This document shows, one piece after another, positions 19,754 through 29,178 of a DNA stretch of 64,000 nt. The position numbers and the translations under genes were made by a program. This DNA is from Candidatus Poribacteria bacterium (GTDB lineage Bacteria > Poribacteria > WGA-4E > WGA-3G), in the NCBI GenBank assembly GCA_022394775.1, contig JAGFCB010000014.1, forward strand, positions 7,715 to 71,714, read 5' to 3'. The notes below the pieces were generated by a model that saw only the letters and a list, made by a program, of their open reading frames with translations, was not told the DNA's origin and searched no databases. Within the stretch, counting starts at the first letter, position 1; each line of letters starts with the position of its first letter.

Positions 19754-22111
19754 ATGCGTGATATCACCTGCAAAAGCTGGTGGCTAAATTGGAAATCATT
19801 GCTGGTATTCCTACCCACCCTAAATTTAGCCACCGAGGCTTTTGCCCAAACAGATCCTCGTCCAGATGTACCTCCGATATGGTGGATTGCCCCTATCGGC
19901 GCGCTTATCGCTTTGGCGTTTGCTTACCATTTCTACCGCGCTGTGATGAAACAGGACGAGGGCAACGAAACAATGCGCGATATAGCACAATCCGTGCGCG
20001 AAGGTGCAATGGCATATCTCAGGCAACAATATAAAGTGGTAGGTATCGTCTTTGTTGTCCTCTGTCTCATCTTTATCTTTATGGCTTTCGTCCTCAAAGC
20101 CCAAAATGAGGTTGTCCCGTTCGCGTTCCTCACAGGCGGTTTTTTCTCAGGACTCTGCGGTTTTCTCGGCATGAAAACCGCTACCAACGCCTCTGCCCGT
20201 ACCACAAGTGCTGCCATGCAAGGACTCAACGCTGGCTTAAAGGTCTCATTCCGCGCTGGCGCTGTTATGGGGTTGATTGTTGTAGGATTCGCACTCCTTG
20301 ATATTACCGGATGGTTCCTCATTCTCTACTATTTATTCCCTAAAATGTTACCCGGATTTTTAGAAGTAAATCCCCTGCCACAGATTACTGTGATTATGCT
20401 CAGTTTTGGTATGGGCGCTTCAACGCAGGCACTCTTTGCCCGTGTCGGTGGCGGTATTTACACAAAAGCAGCAGATGTCGGGGCGGATCTCGTGGGGAAA
20501 GTCGAAGCGGGAATCCCGGAGGATGACCCTCGCAATCCTGCTGTAATCGCAGATAACGTCGGTGATAACGTCGGCGATGTCGCAGGCATGGGGGCTGACC
20601 TCTATGAATCTTACGCAGGCTCAATTCTCGCAACTGCTGCCCTCGGTGTTGCTGCTGTCGCTGCTAAAGACCACGCAGACGTTGCACTCCAACTTAAATA
20701 CCTTTCGGCGCCCATGATTATCGCTGGCATCGGCGTGATTCTCTCTATCTTGGGGATTTATCTTGTCCGAACAAAAGAGGGCGCATCAATGAAACAGTTG
20801 ATGGGTTCACTTAACTTCGGCATTAACGGTAGTGCTGCAGGCATTGCAGTCATATCACTTCCTGTGCTTATCTACCTCGATCTTCCGAACAAATGGCAGA
20901 TATGGGGGGCAATCGTCGCTGGACTCGTCGCAGGCTTGATCATCGGTAAAGTCACTGAAATCTTCACTTCTCACGATTATTCCCCGACACGTGCGATCGC
21001 CAAACAGGCACAAACCGGCCCCGCAACAGTCATCATTGAAGGAATCGCTGTCGGTATGGAATCAACGGCGATTCCTGTGGTGACGATCGTCGCTGCGGTT
21101 GCTGTCAGTTACTACCTCCCCGGGGGCGCATCCGAACCGCTGATGGGGCTTTACGGTGTCGGTATCGCTGCCGTCGGTATGCTCGCAACGCTCGGTATCA
21201 CGCTCGCCACAGATGCTTATGGACCCATCGCTGACAACGCGGGTGGGAACGCTGAAATGGCAAAACTCGATGAAAGTGTCCGTGAACGCACAGATCAGTT
21301 AGACGCGCTCGGTAATACGACTGCCGCAACCGGCAAAGGGTTCGCTATCGGCTCAGCAGCACTCACAGCACTCGCACTCCTTGCCGCCTACTTAGAAGAA
21401 ATCCGGTATGGCTTAATCCATTTGGCGGGCAAAGACACACTGGAGATTGAGGGCGAGGGCACGGTTGAGACGCTAAAGGTCTCCGTCAGCCAATTTATGG
21501 ATTACTATGATGTCACCCTGATGAACCCACAAGTGCTCATCGGATTGTTCATAGGGGCGGTAATGGCGTTCTATTTTTGTGCCTTGACAATGAAAGCTGT
21601 CGGACGTGCCGCTGGTGCTATGGTCGCAGAAGTCCGCCGCCAGTTTCAAGAGAAACCCGGTATTATGAAAGGTGAAGAGAAACCCGATTACGCACGATGC
21701 GTCGAGATCTCTACAGCTGGGGCGCAACGCGAAATGATTTTTCCATCGCTGATCGCTATTGTTGTACCTGTCGCTGTTGGGTTGATCTTTGATGTCGGTG
21801 GTGTGTTAGGACTGTTGGCTGGCGGCTTAGCAACTGGGTTTGTCCTCGCAATCATGATGGCAAATGCCGGTGGAGCTTGGGACAACGCCAAAAAGTTTAT
21901 TGAAGAAGAGAAACACGTTGATGAATACGGTGAAAAAGGATCTGAACAGCACAAAGCTACCATTGTTGGGGATACCGTCGGGGATCCTTTCAAAGATACT
22001 TCCGGTCCCTCGCTTAACATCCTGATTAAGTTGATGTCTATGGTGTCTGTCGTGTTTGCCGGACTCATCGCAAAATACGGTGGGCTGCTTAGCAGTTGGC
22101 TCGGTATGTAG
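19754..22111 (+). CDS. hppA: Membrane-bound cation-translocating pyrophosphatase (K+-dependent)
   Basis: GGGIYTKAADVGADLVGKVE, DNVGDNVGD, DAYGPIADNAGG, GNTTAA (Ala indicates K+ dependence), GDTVGDPFKDTSGP. Confidence 0.96.
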   Translation: MRDITCKSWWLNWKSLLVFLPTLNLATEAFAQTDPRPDVPPIWWIAPIGALIALAFAYHFYRAVMKQDEGNETMRDIAQSVREGAMAYLRQQYKVVGIVFVVLCLIFIFMAFVLKAQNEVVPFAFLTGGFFSGLCGFLGMKTATNASARTTSAAMQGLNAGLKVSFRAGAVMGLIVVGFALLDITGWFLILYYLFPKMLPGFLEVNPLPQITVIMLSFGMGASTQALFARVGGGIYTKAADVGADLVGKVEAGIPEDDPRNPAVIADNVGDNVGDVAGMGADLYESYAGSILATAALGVAAVAAKDHADVALQLKYLSAPMIIAGIGVILSILGIYLVRTKEGASMKQLMGSLNFGINGSAAGIAVISLPVLIYLDLPNKWQIWGAIVAGLVAGLIIGKVTEIFTSHDYSPTRAIAKQAQTGPATVIIEGIAVGMESTAIPVVTIVAAVAVSYYLPGGASEPLMGLYGVGIAAVGMLATLGITLATDAYGPIADNAGGNAEMAKLDESVRERTDQLDALGNTTAATGKGFAIGSAALTALALLAAYLEEIRYGLIHLAGKDTLEIEGEGTVETLKVSVSQFMDYYDVTLMNPQVLIGLFIGAVMAFYFCALTMKAVGRAAGAMVAEVRRQFQEKPGIMKGEEKPDYARCVEISTAGAQREMIFPSLIAIVVPVAVGLIFDVGGVLGLLAGGLATGFVLAIMMANAGGAWDNAKKFIEEEKHVDEYGEKGSEQHKATIVGDTVGDPFKDTSGPSLNILIKLMSMVSVVFAGLIAKYGGLLSSWLGM

Positions 22112-22139
22112 TGATTGGTGCATCAAAATGGAGATGAAC

Positions 22140-22655
22140 ATGAAAATAAAAAACGTCATTATATATGCCTTGGGTGTATCTATCTTTTTCATCGGATGTC
22201 AACAGTTAGACAACCAGGTGAAGATAGGACTCGATGATCCTGTATCTGTTTCTGTGGATGACGTTAATCCAGACGAAATATTTTACACAGGCACTGTTTT
22301 CATTGGCGACGCCGGAAATAGGTTCGGAACCGACGAATATGCCTTAAATTCCGCTACTATCACAGACGATACACTGAATATCAGTGTATCCTACAGCGGT
22401 GGATGTGAAGAACATCAATTCACACTCGTTGCTTCGGATGCGTTTCTCGAATCATTCCCCGTTCAACTGTCCGCTTCTCTCGCACACAATGCTAACGGCG
22501 ACACATGCGAAGCCTATCCAACGGAAAACTATCGTTTCGATCTTACGCCAATCAAGACAATGTATCAAGAGGCTTACCGACAGGAAGCTGGCACCGTCGT
22601 TTTACAACTCAAAGATGCACCAGATGGGGAACTGGTCTACGAATTTACAATGTAA
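22140..22655 (+). CDS. Hypothetical lipoprotein
   Basis: Lipobox FIGC. Cys pair in YSGGCEEH...NGDTCEA. ATG 22140 follows GGAG. Confidence 0.65.
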   Translation: MKIKNVIIYALGVSIFFIGCQQLDNQVKIGLDDPVSVSVDDVNPDEIFYTGTVFIGDAGNRFGTDEYALNSATITDDTLNISVSYSGGCEEHQFTLVASDAFLESFPVQLSASLAHNANGDTCEAYPTENYRFDLTPIKTMYQEAYRQEAGTVVLQLKDAPDGELVYEFTM

Positions 22656-22747
22656 TAGAACTTACGCATCCCCATTGCTGGCGGGGTTTGAAACCCCGCC
22701 AGCAGTGCGTAATACATAGGTTATCGTAGAAAGATGCGTAAGTTCTG
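22656..22747. mobile_element. MITE family A variant (92 bp)
   Basis: Ends tagaacttacgca and tgcgtaagttctg carry a compensatory change in both TIRs. Cargo gctggcggggtttgaaaccccgccagc. Its reverse complement aligns with copy 61751-61843. No TSD retained. Confidence 0.75.
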
Positions 22748-22841
22748 GGAACTGCGATCTCTAAATTTCGGCGTTGTCGGGAAACCGGTTTTCCATGCCT
22801 CCGCCTTCTGCTTGTTTGCTAATTTGTAGGAGAAAAAAGAA

Positions 22842-24521
22842 ATGTCCAATAAGTTGAAACCCCGAAGTTATGCGATCACCGACGGACCCGACCGCGCCGC
22901 TGCTCGGACAATGCTCATGTTCGGCGATGGCGGGCTTTCACCTGAAGACCTTGACAAACCAATTATCGGGGTTGCCAATACATGGATTGAAATCGGTCCC
23001 TGTAACTTCCACTTAAGAAGACTTGCTGCCAAAGTCAAAGAAGGCATCCGTGCTGCAGGTGGAACGCCTCTTGAATTCAATACTGTCAGCATCTCTGATG
23101 GTATCACTATGGGCACCGAGGGCATGAAAACCTCGCTAATCAGCCGAGAGATCATCGCCGATTCGATTGAGTTGGTTTCCATCGGTAACATGTTTGATGC
23201 TGTCGTTGCCCTCTGTGGATGCGACAAGACCGTCCCCGGTACCGTCATGGCATTGGCACGGTTAGATATTCCGTCTCTTACGCTTTACGGTGGTTCAATC
23301 ATGCCGGGCAACTTTCAAGGACGCGATGTCACGATCCAAGATGTATTTGAAGCAGTCGGACAGCACGCTGAAGGTACAATAACGGTCGAGGAACTTGATG
23401 ACCTCATTAGCAAAGGGTGTCCGGGCCCCGGGGCATGCGGTGGACAATTTACCGCCAACACCATGGCAACAGCCGTTGAAATGTTAGGTATCGCTCCGAT
23501 GGGAAGTGGTAGCGTTCCGGCTGTCGTGGAAGAAAAGGACGATGAGGCATACAAAGCCGGACAACTCGTCATGGATATGCTTGCTGCTGACCGACGACCG
23601 AGCCAAATTATTACCCGTAAGTCGCTTGAGAACGCGATTACCTCTGTCGCCGCTACCGGTGGCTCTACCAACGGCGTTCTGCATCTCCTCGCTATCGCAC
23701 ACGAAGCACAGGTCCCGATAACAATTGAGGATTTCCACACGATTAGCCAGAGAACACCAGTCCTTGCTGATCTTAAACCCGGTGGTCAGTTTGTTGCCAA
23801 CGACCTTTATGAGGCGGGCGGCATCCCGTTCTTGGCAAAACGCTTGGCAGAAGCTGGACTGCTCCATACCGACGAACTCACTGTCACAGGCAATACCATC
23901 GGTGAAGAGGCAAATGCAGCCGTTGAGACAGATGGGCAAAAGGTCGTCAGACCCGTAGATTTACCGCTCAAACCGACCGGCGGATTTGCGATCTTGAGGG
24001 GTAATCTCTCACCAGAAGGTTGTGTCATCAAGTTAGCAGGACAGGAAAAAACGCTCCATCGCGGTCCCGCACGGATCTTTGAACGTGAGGAAGACACCTT
24101 CGCCGCCATTAAGGACGGCGAGATTAAACCGGGTGATGTTGTCGTTATCCGTTATGAGGGACCCACCGGTGGTCCCGGTATGCGTGAGATGTTAGGTGTA
24201 ACGGCAGCACTCGTCGGCGCGGGTTTAAGTGAGGATGTCGCGCTCTTGACCGACGGTAGATTCTCTGGGGCAACGCACGGCTTCATGATCTGTCACGTCG
24301 CACCTGAAGCAGCTAGAGGCGGTCCCATCGCTATCCTCCAAGAAGGTGACGAAATCGTCATTGACGCAAAGGAACGAAAACTTGACGTTCAACTCTCCGA
24401 CGCTGAAATCCAAGCACGTTTTGAGCAGTGGACACCCCCTGAACCGCGTTATGCACGCGGTGTCATGGCGAAATATGCAAACGCCGTCTCCTCCGCCTCC
24501 GAAGGTGCTGTGACAGGATAA
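22842..24521 (+). CDS. ilvD: Dihydroxy-acid dehydratase
   Basis: PCNFHL, SDGITMG, CDKTVPG, GACGGQFTANTM, YEGPTGGPGMREM, TDGRFSG. Confidence 0.96.
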   Translation: MSNKLKPRSYAITDGPDRAAARTMLMFGDGGLSPEDLDKPIIGVANTWIEIGPCNFHLRRLAAKVKEGIRAAGGTPLEFNTVSISDGITMGTEGMKTSLISREIIADSIELVSIGNMFDAVVALCGCDKTVPGTVMALARLDIPSLTLYGGSIMPGNFQGRDVTIQDVFEAVGQHAEGTITVEELDDLISKGCPGPGACGGQFTANTMATAVEMLGIAPMGSGSVPAVVEEKDDEAYKAGQLVMDMLAADRRPSQIITRKSLENAITSVAATGGSTNGVLHLLAIAHEAQVPITIEDFHTISQRTPVLADLKPGGQFVANDLYEAGGIPFLAKRLAEAGLLHTDELTVTGNTIGEEANAAVETDGQKVVRPVDLPLKPTGGFAILRGNLSPEGCVIKLAGQEKTLHRGPARIFEREEDTFAAIKDGEIKPGDVVVIRYEGPTGGPGMREMLGVTAALVGAGLSEDVALLTDGRFSGATHGFMICHVAPEAARGGPIAILQEGDEIVIDAKERKLDVQLSDAEIQARFEQWTPPEPRYARGVMAKYANAVSSASEGAVTG

Positions 24522-24542
24522 ACACCATCTTTTTCTACACGT

Positions 24543-24577
24543 AAGGGCAAGTTTTTACACTTGCCCTTTTCCTTTTT
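24543..24577 (+). terminator. Intrinsic terminator after ilvD
   Basis: aagggcaagt-ttttac-acttgccctt followed by ttccttttt. Confidence 0.7.
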
Positions 24578-24616
24578 ACGCAGATTCGTTTTAGGTCTAT
24601 CCACTCCGAAAAACGC

Positions 24617-24645
24617 TTGTAAAATAGCCCTTAATTTGTTAGACT
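24617..24645 (+). promoter_or_regulatory. Sigma70-type promoter, likely giving a leaderless cupin mRNA
   Basis: TTGTAA-17 bp-TAGACT with TG extension. The -10 box ends 7 nt before ATG 24653. Confidence 0.5.
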
Positions 24646-24652
24646 ATATTTC

Positions 24653-25051
24653 ATGAGTGAACAGAGACCAATCATCCTCAACCAAGCAGAACTTGACTGG
24701 GAAACTTGGGACGACCCAGAACTCGCTGACAAAAGTCCAGTGCGTTGGAAAATTCTCATATCCGGTGAACGTGGACCCAGTAGTCAACTCTCTACTGGAA
24801 TAGCAGAGATGACTCCGGGGACATTGCTGCCGCTCCATCACCATGCCCCCACAGAGACATACTATGTCATCAGCGGTTCCGGGTATGTAACAGTGGACGA
24901 TCACGAAGCATCGCTCAGTCCAGGCGCGTCAGTCTTTATACCTTCTAACGCGAAACATTCGCTCCGTTGCACTGGCACTGAAAACCTTGTTTTTCTATTC
25001 ACTTTTGCAGCGGACCGATTCGATGAAATCGTCTATCATTTTGATGTGTAG
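24653..25051 (+). CDS. Cupin-domain protein
   Basis: LHHHAPTETYYVISG, PGASVFIPSNAKH. Confidence 0.85.
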   Translation: MSEQRPIILNQAELDWETWDDPELADKSPVRWKILISGERGPSSQLSTGIAEMTPGTLLPLHHHAPTETYYVISGSGYVTVDDHEASLSPGASVFIPSNAKHSLRCTGTENLVFLFTFAADRFDEIVYHFDV

Positions 25052-25087
25052 TATCAGTTGACAGCTCCACAAGGATAAGCTACCGAC

Positions 25088-26077
25088 ATGCCAACGTTAA
25101 AAACCACAGACACCAAACCTGTTATTTCCAATGCAGATGCCAGTCTAATAGACATCGGTGACGGTATTGCACGACTTGAACTGCACAGCAAACTGAACAT
25201 CATAGGCGATGAAATGCTGGAGATGTTTGATGCCGCGTTGGACGAGGTGGAAACCAATTACACAGGCATGGTTATCGCCACAGAGGCGAAACATTTTTCC
25301 GTAGGACTCAACATCGTCCTCCTGCTGGAGCGCGCGAAGAACCAAAATTGGGACGCGATTTCGACAACACTTCGCAAACTACAAGCCGTTTGTACAAGAT
25401 TCCGCACGGCATCAAAACCGGTCGTCGCAGCGACAGCAGGTATGGCACTCGGTGGTGGATGTGAAATCGCATTCGGTGCTGATGCAGTACAGGCTTACAC
25501 TGAAAGCAATCTCGGTCTCGTTGAACTCCGCGTCGGGCTTATTCCGGGCGGCGGTGGTACTAAGGAGATGGCATTTCGATGCTTGGAGGCGCAAACGTTG
25601 CCTGCACCGATTCAGAATCTATTTCCTTATGTGAATAAGGCTTTTGATACTATTCGCGAATCCACGGTTTCACAAAACGCTGTAGAGGCAGTAGAACTCG
25701 GTTATCTCCGACACACGGATGTGATCTCATCAGACCAAGAGACGCATCTTGAAGATGCCAAGCAACTTGTGCTCTCAATGCACAAGGCGGGGTATCACCC
25801 ACCCGAACCACAACAGATATTTGTGCTTGGCGAGGAAGGGATTGCTCGACTCAATCTACAAACACATCTACTCCGACAAGCGGGCACGATTGACCCTTAT
25901 ACACAGTCCCTCGCCGATAAGTTGGCTTATGTGCTTTGTGGCGGCAAACTTTCAACCCCGCAGTTCGTCACTGAACAATATCTACTTGACTTGGAGCATG
26001 AGGTGTTCCTCGGTCTTTGTGGCGAACCAGAAACGCACGCGAGGATAGAAGCGACGCTCCAGAGAGGGAAGAAATAA
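25088..26077 (+). CDS. Enoyl-CoA hydratase-like protein matching the C-terminal half of FadN
   Basis: ASLIDIGDG, HSKLN, ALGGGCE, GLVELRVGLIPGGGGTKE, EQYLLDLEHEVF. No NAD-binding HAD domain. Confidence 0.75.
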   Translation: MPTLKTTDTKPVISNADASLIDIGDGIARLELHSKLNIIGDEMLEMFDAALDEVETNYTGMVIATEAKHFSVGLNIVLLLERAKNQNWDAISTTLRKLQAVCTRFRTASKPVVAATAGMALGGGCEIAFGADAVQAYTESNLGLVELRVGLIPGGGGTKEMAFRCLEAQTLPAPIQNLFPYVNKAFDTIRESTVSQNAVEAVELGYLRHTDVISSDQETHLEDAKQLVLSMHKAGYHPPEPQQIFVLGEEGIARLNLQTHLLRQAGTIDPYTQSLADKLAYVLCGGKLSTPQFVTEQYLLDLEHEVFLGLCGEPETHARIEATLQRGKK

Positions 26078-27276
26078 TGCAAACGACACCGAGTGTAGTG
26101 ATCGTATCCGCTGTGCGTACAGCCGTAGGAAGAGCAGGGAGAGGCACGCTGAAAAACACGCGTCCAGATGAACTCGCCGCCGCTGCGCTCAGTGGCACAG
26201 TTGAGCGACTTCCCCAACTGGATTTGGAGACGATAGACGATGTCGTCATCGGATGCGCGACACATGAGGGACCACAAGGATACAATGTCGCGCGTATTGC
26301 CAGTTTACGCGCAGGGTTTCCGGTTTCCGTGCCTGCACTTACAATCAATCGGTTCTGTGCATCCGGTTTAGAAACGATAGTGATGGGTGCTGAGCGCATT
26401 CTATCTGGACGTGCTGAAGTCGTTATAGCAGGCGGTGTGGAGAGTATGAGTCAGGTGCCGTTCGGTGCTAACCTCTCGCCGAACCCTACGCTCATAGAAC
26501 ACGCGCCCGATACCTATCTCGGCATGGGGTTGACTGCTGAAAATCTGGCGCGAAAATATAGTATCTCTCGCAGTGCGCAAGATGTGTACGCTTATGAAAG
26601 TCACTGCAAAGCAATAGAAGCGATTGATGCAGGCAAATTCCGGGAAGAGATTATGCCGTTGGCGATAGAGGAGACGCATCTCAACTCGGAAGATACACCT
26701 GAAACTATTCGTACCGTCTTTGATACAGATGAGGGACCGCGTCGAGACACTTCGCCGGAAGCGTTAGCAGATCTCAAGCCTGTTTTTCACGTAGATGGCA
26801 CAGTAACGGCTGGCAACGCCTCCCAGATGAGCGACGGTGCCGCTGCTGTTGTCCTTATGTCCGAGGCGCGAGCAAAAGCAGAGGGTTACGATCCATTGGC
26901 ACGTTTTGTTAGTTATGCGACAGCCGGTGTTCCTCCTGAAATTATGGGAATCGGACCCGTGCCAGCAATCCCGAAGGCACTCGCGGCGGCAGAGTTAACT
27001 TTAGATGATATTGATGTCATAGAACTTAACGAAGCGTTTGCTGTGCAAGCCCTCGCTGTGATTCACGAAGCGCAACTACCCTCCGAAAAGGTAAACGTCA
27101 ACGGTGGTGCTGTCGCGCTTGGACATCCGCTCGGTTGCACAGGCACAAAGCTTACAGTGAGTCTCATCAACGAAATGCACAGGCAAAATCATCGATACGG
27201 CATGGTAACGATGTGTGTCGGCGGAGGCATGGGTGCCGCCGGTATTTTTAGCCTTACACCAAGGAAGAAAAATTAA
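26077..27276 (+). CDS. fadA: Acetyl-CoA acyltransferase (thiolase)
   Basis: NRFCASG, NEAFA, GHPLG, CVGGG. TAATG overlap with the upstream gene. Confidence 0.92.
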   Translation: MQTTPSVVIVSAVRTAVGRAGRGTLKNTRPDELAAAALSGTVERLPQLDLETIDDVVIGCATHEGPQGYNVARIASLRAGFPVSVPALTINRFCASGLETIVMGAERILSGRAEVVIAGGVESMSQVPFGANLSPNPTLIEHAPDTYLGMGLTAENLARKYSISRSAQDVYAYESHCKAIEAIDAGKFREEIMPLAIEETHLNSEDTPETIRTVFDTDEGPRRDTSPEALADLKPVFHVDGTVTAGNASQMSDGAAAVVLMSEARAKAEGYDPLARFVSYATAGVPPEIMGIGPVPAIPKALAAAELTLDDIDVIELNEAFAVQALAVIHEAQLPSEKVNVNGGAVALGHPLGCTGTKLTVSLINEMHRQNHRYGMVTMCVGGGMGAAGIFSLTPRKKN

Positions 27277-27381
27277 GATCCCAAAACAGAAGAATACAAT
27301 TACCCAAGCACTATACAGAATCACACTCAAAACCAGATTGACCAGTAAGGGCAATCTGCGCGGAGGTCCACAGTTAAAAAT

Positions 27382-28398
27382 ATGCAAACACATGTCTATC
27401 TCTCCATAGCCGGAGAAAACAGAATCGCCATTTACACATTTGATGCTACTAACGGCGGCATAGAACTTCAGGAAAATATTAACGTCAGCGGATCTCCAGG
27501 TCCGTTAGCACTTTCACCCTGTGGGAACTACTTATATGCCGGACTGCGATCAAGTCGCGAAATCGCCAGTTTCCGCATTGATGAGGAGACAAAACACCTT
27601 TCACTCTTGCGGACAGCCCAACTCGATGCGGATACGTGTTATGTCGCAACGGACAAGACAGGAAATTTCCTACTCTCCGCCTATTACGGCGCGGGCAAAG
27701 TTACCGTTCACAGGATCGGCGACGATAAAACCGTTCAAGGCGATCCGCTTCAAACTGTCGAAACCGATATACACGCGCACTGTGTTGAGACGGACGCCTC
27801 AAACCGATACGCCTTTGTCCCACATACTGTCCCGCGAAACGCTATCTATCAGTTTCATTTTGATGAGCGGACAGGTAAACTTACACAGAATATCGTAGGA
27901 AATCTCAATCCGGGGGCACCGATCGGACCCCGGCACTTCTGTTTCCACCCAAGCAAACCGATCCTCTATTTCTCAAACGAAAATGGATCGAGTGTCTCAG
28001 CCTACACGCTTGAAGAAGAAGGTGAGCATCCCGGAATCTTAGCAGACCTACAGGAAGACCTCTCTACCCTCCCCGCAGATTTTGAAGACGATAACACCTG
28101 CGCACAGATTCACATTGATCCACAGGGGCAATTTCTCTACGTCTCCAATCGCGGACACGATAGTATCGCAGGATTTGCTGTTGACGAAGAAAGCGGGAAA
28201 CTCAGTGCTATTGGGCAGCAGCTAACCGAACCGATACCCCGCGTCTTCAACATTGATGGGGCTGGCAATTTTCTCTTTGCGGGGGGGCAAGGTTCTGGCA
28301 GGCTTGCGACTTACCGCATCAATCGGCAGAATGGCGAATTATTACCGCTTGCTACATACACAGTCGGTGAAAGCCCGATGTGGGTGCTTTTTATCTAA
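27382..28398 (+). CDS. 6-phosphogluconolactonase-like (lactonase family) beta-propeller
   Basis: HAHC, GPRHFCFHP, FLYVSNRGHDSI, PRVFNID. Confidence 0.85.
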   Translation: MQTHVYLSIAGENRIAIYTFDATNGGIELQENINVSGSPGPLALSPCGNYLYAGLRSSREIASFRIDEETKHLSLLRTAQLDADTCYVATDKTGNFLLSAYYGAGKVTVHRIGDDKTVQGDPLQTVETDIHAHCVETDASNRYAFVPHTVPRNAIYQFHFDERTGKLTQNIVGNLNPGAPIGPRHFCFHPSKPILYFSNENGSSVSAYTLEEEGEHPGILADLQEDLSTLPADFEDDNTCAQIHIDPQGQFLYVSNRGHDSIAGFAVDEESGKLSAIGQQLTEPIPRVFNIDGAGNFLFAGGQGSGRLATYRINRQNGELLPLATYTVGESPMWVLFI

Positions 28399-28409
28399 TA
28401 AGAGGAAAA

Positions 28410-29027
28410 ATGGCACATCGCGGTACGTTTATTACATTTGAAGGTGTGGAAGGGGCGGGTAAAACCACACAAGTTCAACGGTTGGCAGCCGCTCTCGGTC
28501 CAGACGTAGTCCTCACCCGTGAACCGGGGGGCACGCCTGTTTCAGAGCGGATCCGCGACATCTTTCTGACATCCGACAGGATAACAACGATGACAGAGTT
28601 GTTGTTGATTGCTGCTGCACGCGCACAACACGTAGACGAGCGTATACGTCCCGCATTGGCAGCAAATCAGATTGTTATCTGTGACAGATTTATTGATGCG
28701 ACCGTGGCGTATCAAGGCTATCGTGGTGGTATTGATCTTGAGATTATCCATCAATTGAATCATATTGCTACGGGCGGTTTGACCCCGGATATCACCTTTA
28801 TCCTTGACCTACCCCCAGAGATCGGTTTGCAACGTCAACAACAAAGCGAGGCACACCGCGACCGTTTGGATAAAGAACCGTTGGAATTCCATCGTAAAGT
28901 TCGTGAGGGATACTTGTCCGTTGTGGAAGCAGAACCGCAGCGCGTTAAACTAATAGACGCAACGCAGTCGCCTGATGCTGTCCACACCGCGATCTTAACC
29001 GAATATCAGGTGCACCTATCAAAATAG
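28410..29027 (+). CDS. tmk: Thymidylate kinase
   Basis: FITFEGVEGAGKTT, TREPGG, DRFIDATVAYQG. Confidence 0.95.
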   Translation: MAHRGTFITFEGVEGAGKTTQVQRLAAALGPDVVLTREPGGTPVSERIRDIFLTSDRITTMTELLLIAAARAQHVDERIRPALAANQIVICDRFIDATVAYQGYRGGIDLEIIHQLNHIATGGLTPDITFILDLPPEIGLQRQQQSEAHRDRLDKEPLEFHRKVREGYLSVVEAEPQRVKLIDATQSPDAVHTAILTEYQVHLSK

Positions 29028-29028
29028 A

Positions 29029-29153
29029 TAGGACTTACGCATTTCCTCTTAAAGTCCCCCTGATAAGGGGCGGTGAATGCCCATAAGGCATTCATACCGT
29101 TGATTCTTTAGGGGGTTTGAAACATTGAAATTACTGCTTTTGCGTAAGTCCTA
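29029..29153. mobile_element. MITE family A, copy 3 (125 bp) with nested hairpin insertion
   Basis: Perfect TIRs at 29029-29041 and 29141-29153. TSD ATAGA (29024-29028, 29154-29158). Relative to copy 1 it has a ~36-nt insertion at 29071-29106. Confidence 0.88.
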
Positions 29154-29178
29154 ATAGAAGCACCTCTTGGAAGAAAAA

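Noticed and set aside
19513..19761. 82-aa ORF between folC and hppA
   Set aside because: It is a translation of the AACCGCAAGG repeat element and overlaps both neighbours.
21060..21075. gaatcaacgg in hppA as another micro-element copy
   Set aside because: It encodes the ordinary MESTAIP segment of the PPase, with no matching hairpin or apparent indel.
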